From Psilocybe cubensis (lineage: Eukaryota), in NCBI GenBank assembly GCA_017499595.2, contig CM039010.1, positions 1,426,001-1,490,000 on the forward strand: a DNA stretch of 64,000 nucleotides. The letters run 5' to 3'. This document shows positions 62,579-64,000 of the stretch, one piece after another. The position numbers were made by a program, and so were the translations under genes. Position 1 is the first letter of the stretch, and every line of letters starts with the position of its first letter. Under the pieces are notes generated by a model. That model saw only the letters and a program-made list of their open reading frames with translations, was not told the DNA's origin and ran no database searches.

Positions 62579-64000
62579 CAGATGCAAATCTAAGTGAAAT
62601 GAAATTCTCTAATGAGGCGGGGGTGTCGAATGACTTCGCTTTCTTCGATGGTTGGAATCACGTCGAAGCTGTATGCTTTTTAACACGAACAGACATAACG
62701 CCAGAAGGGATCGATACCACTCACCTTTTCAAGGAAATCAGATGGAAGATGATATAGGGACTTTTTGGGAGAAGTCGAACGAGATGATTGAGGCTTTGAG
62801 GGTCACTGTGTTAAGATTTTCATGTAGTGACAGTTGTTCAGCGCTCTGATGCATCCGACTTGGATGGTCGACTTAAATAGTTCGGAGGTTCAATTGTTTG
62901 ACAGGCCCAGTGAACAGAGACGGCGGCGAGGCCGAGCACTGTAGCTCTTGTATCATTTTACTATGTCATCGGTTGCTTCGTGCATGATAGCTAGTGTACC
63001 GAATAAAGTCAATCCGCAGTCATTTTGCATAAATATAGATTGGAAACCGTCAAGTTCTACAACTGTTCAACAGAAACACTCACCGCCGTGATAAATAACT
63101 TCAAGACCCCACCGTGCGTTGGCCCCTCGCTTTGGCAGAGTCAAATGCAATGAAAGAATGAGGATTTAAAGTAGAATGAACGGTGATAAAATCTTCTGGG
63201 GAGTGTGTATTCTCCACTGTGCTCTGCGGTTGGCTCAAATGAGAATCATGGATCGTGACCACAGTAGTAGGGGGATTTCGTGTAATCAAGGTTCCTTGGG
63301 GAGCAGCCATGGTCAGAAACGATGAAAAAAATTTGACCAAAAGCCGAGTGGTTGGAACGGTTGTCTTGCATGATGGTACTGATCACTATTTCTTAAGTTA
63401 TGAGCCGAACGAAGAGTTAATTAGGAGCCATAACTCAACATCGTGCTCTCTGGAGGCGTACCGATATATTGCTGATGTGCTCAGGAGTCACCGCGTTAAA
63501 CGATGTGTCACCGAGTGGACTTCATTTGGCTACCTTGGGTCCATAGGGTTGAATATAAAGAGTAAAGGTGGAAAGTACAGTATTTCATAGAGAGGATATG
63601 ACAAAGGAGCTCGACAGAGAGACATCGGGCCTCAGCAATGAAAATAGGGGTTGTTGAACCAACGAACGTCGTACGCCACCACGAACAAATTATTATAAAT
63701 AATACAAAACATACATCGATTATTTTCCTCTTTTACCAAACTTTTACCTTTCCTCATTTGTATGGATTTTCCTTTTACTCCGCTTGCTGTGAAGCACATT
63801 GATACACTGCATTCTATCCGATCTCAAGTTGTGTCAACTTGGATCTTTGAAGTTTGGCGCGCCTGCAGAGTCCAATCAACCTCGGAGCCAGAAAAGGTTC
63901 TTCAACGTGAAGACGATGATCAAACTAAGGAAATTCTACTGGAATCTCATTGAACGCGAAATCTACTCGCCCGAAGAGATGTTTCTTCAATGAATCAACA

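Noticed and set aside
63101-64000. Short ORFs at the right edge
   Set aside because: No motifs or convincing splice structure; cannot be supported without flanking sequence.

Overview
Eukaryotic DNA from an intron-rich fungus. Short 50-70 nt GT-AG introns with CTRAC-type branch points, and the gene families present, point to an agaricomycete (mushroom-forming basidiomycete). About 22 protein-coding loci were reconstructed by splicing the ORF track by eye. They include a kinase-like protein, a Zn2Cys6 transcription factor, BTN1/CLN3, a BAH-PHD protein, four ICMT-family methyltransferase paralogs, NOSIP, RAM2, RPS30, MCU, a secreted heme peroxidase, EMC2, FOL1 and two F-box-like proteins. Features the ORF track does not show: (i) three intronic box C/D snoRNAs (U24 and two snR60/U80-type copies) in RPS30 and in a probable non-coding spliced host just downstream; (ii) a 303-nt self-complementary intron in BTN1 with a weak donor and a second, frameshifting acceptor inside a predicted stem, a candidate new regulatory RNA; (iii) three non-autonomous DNA transposons with 2-, 6- and 10-bp TSDs, one of which splits a gene whose frame is restored exactly on excision. 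Gene models and RNA structures are manual and have not been checked computationally.
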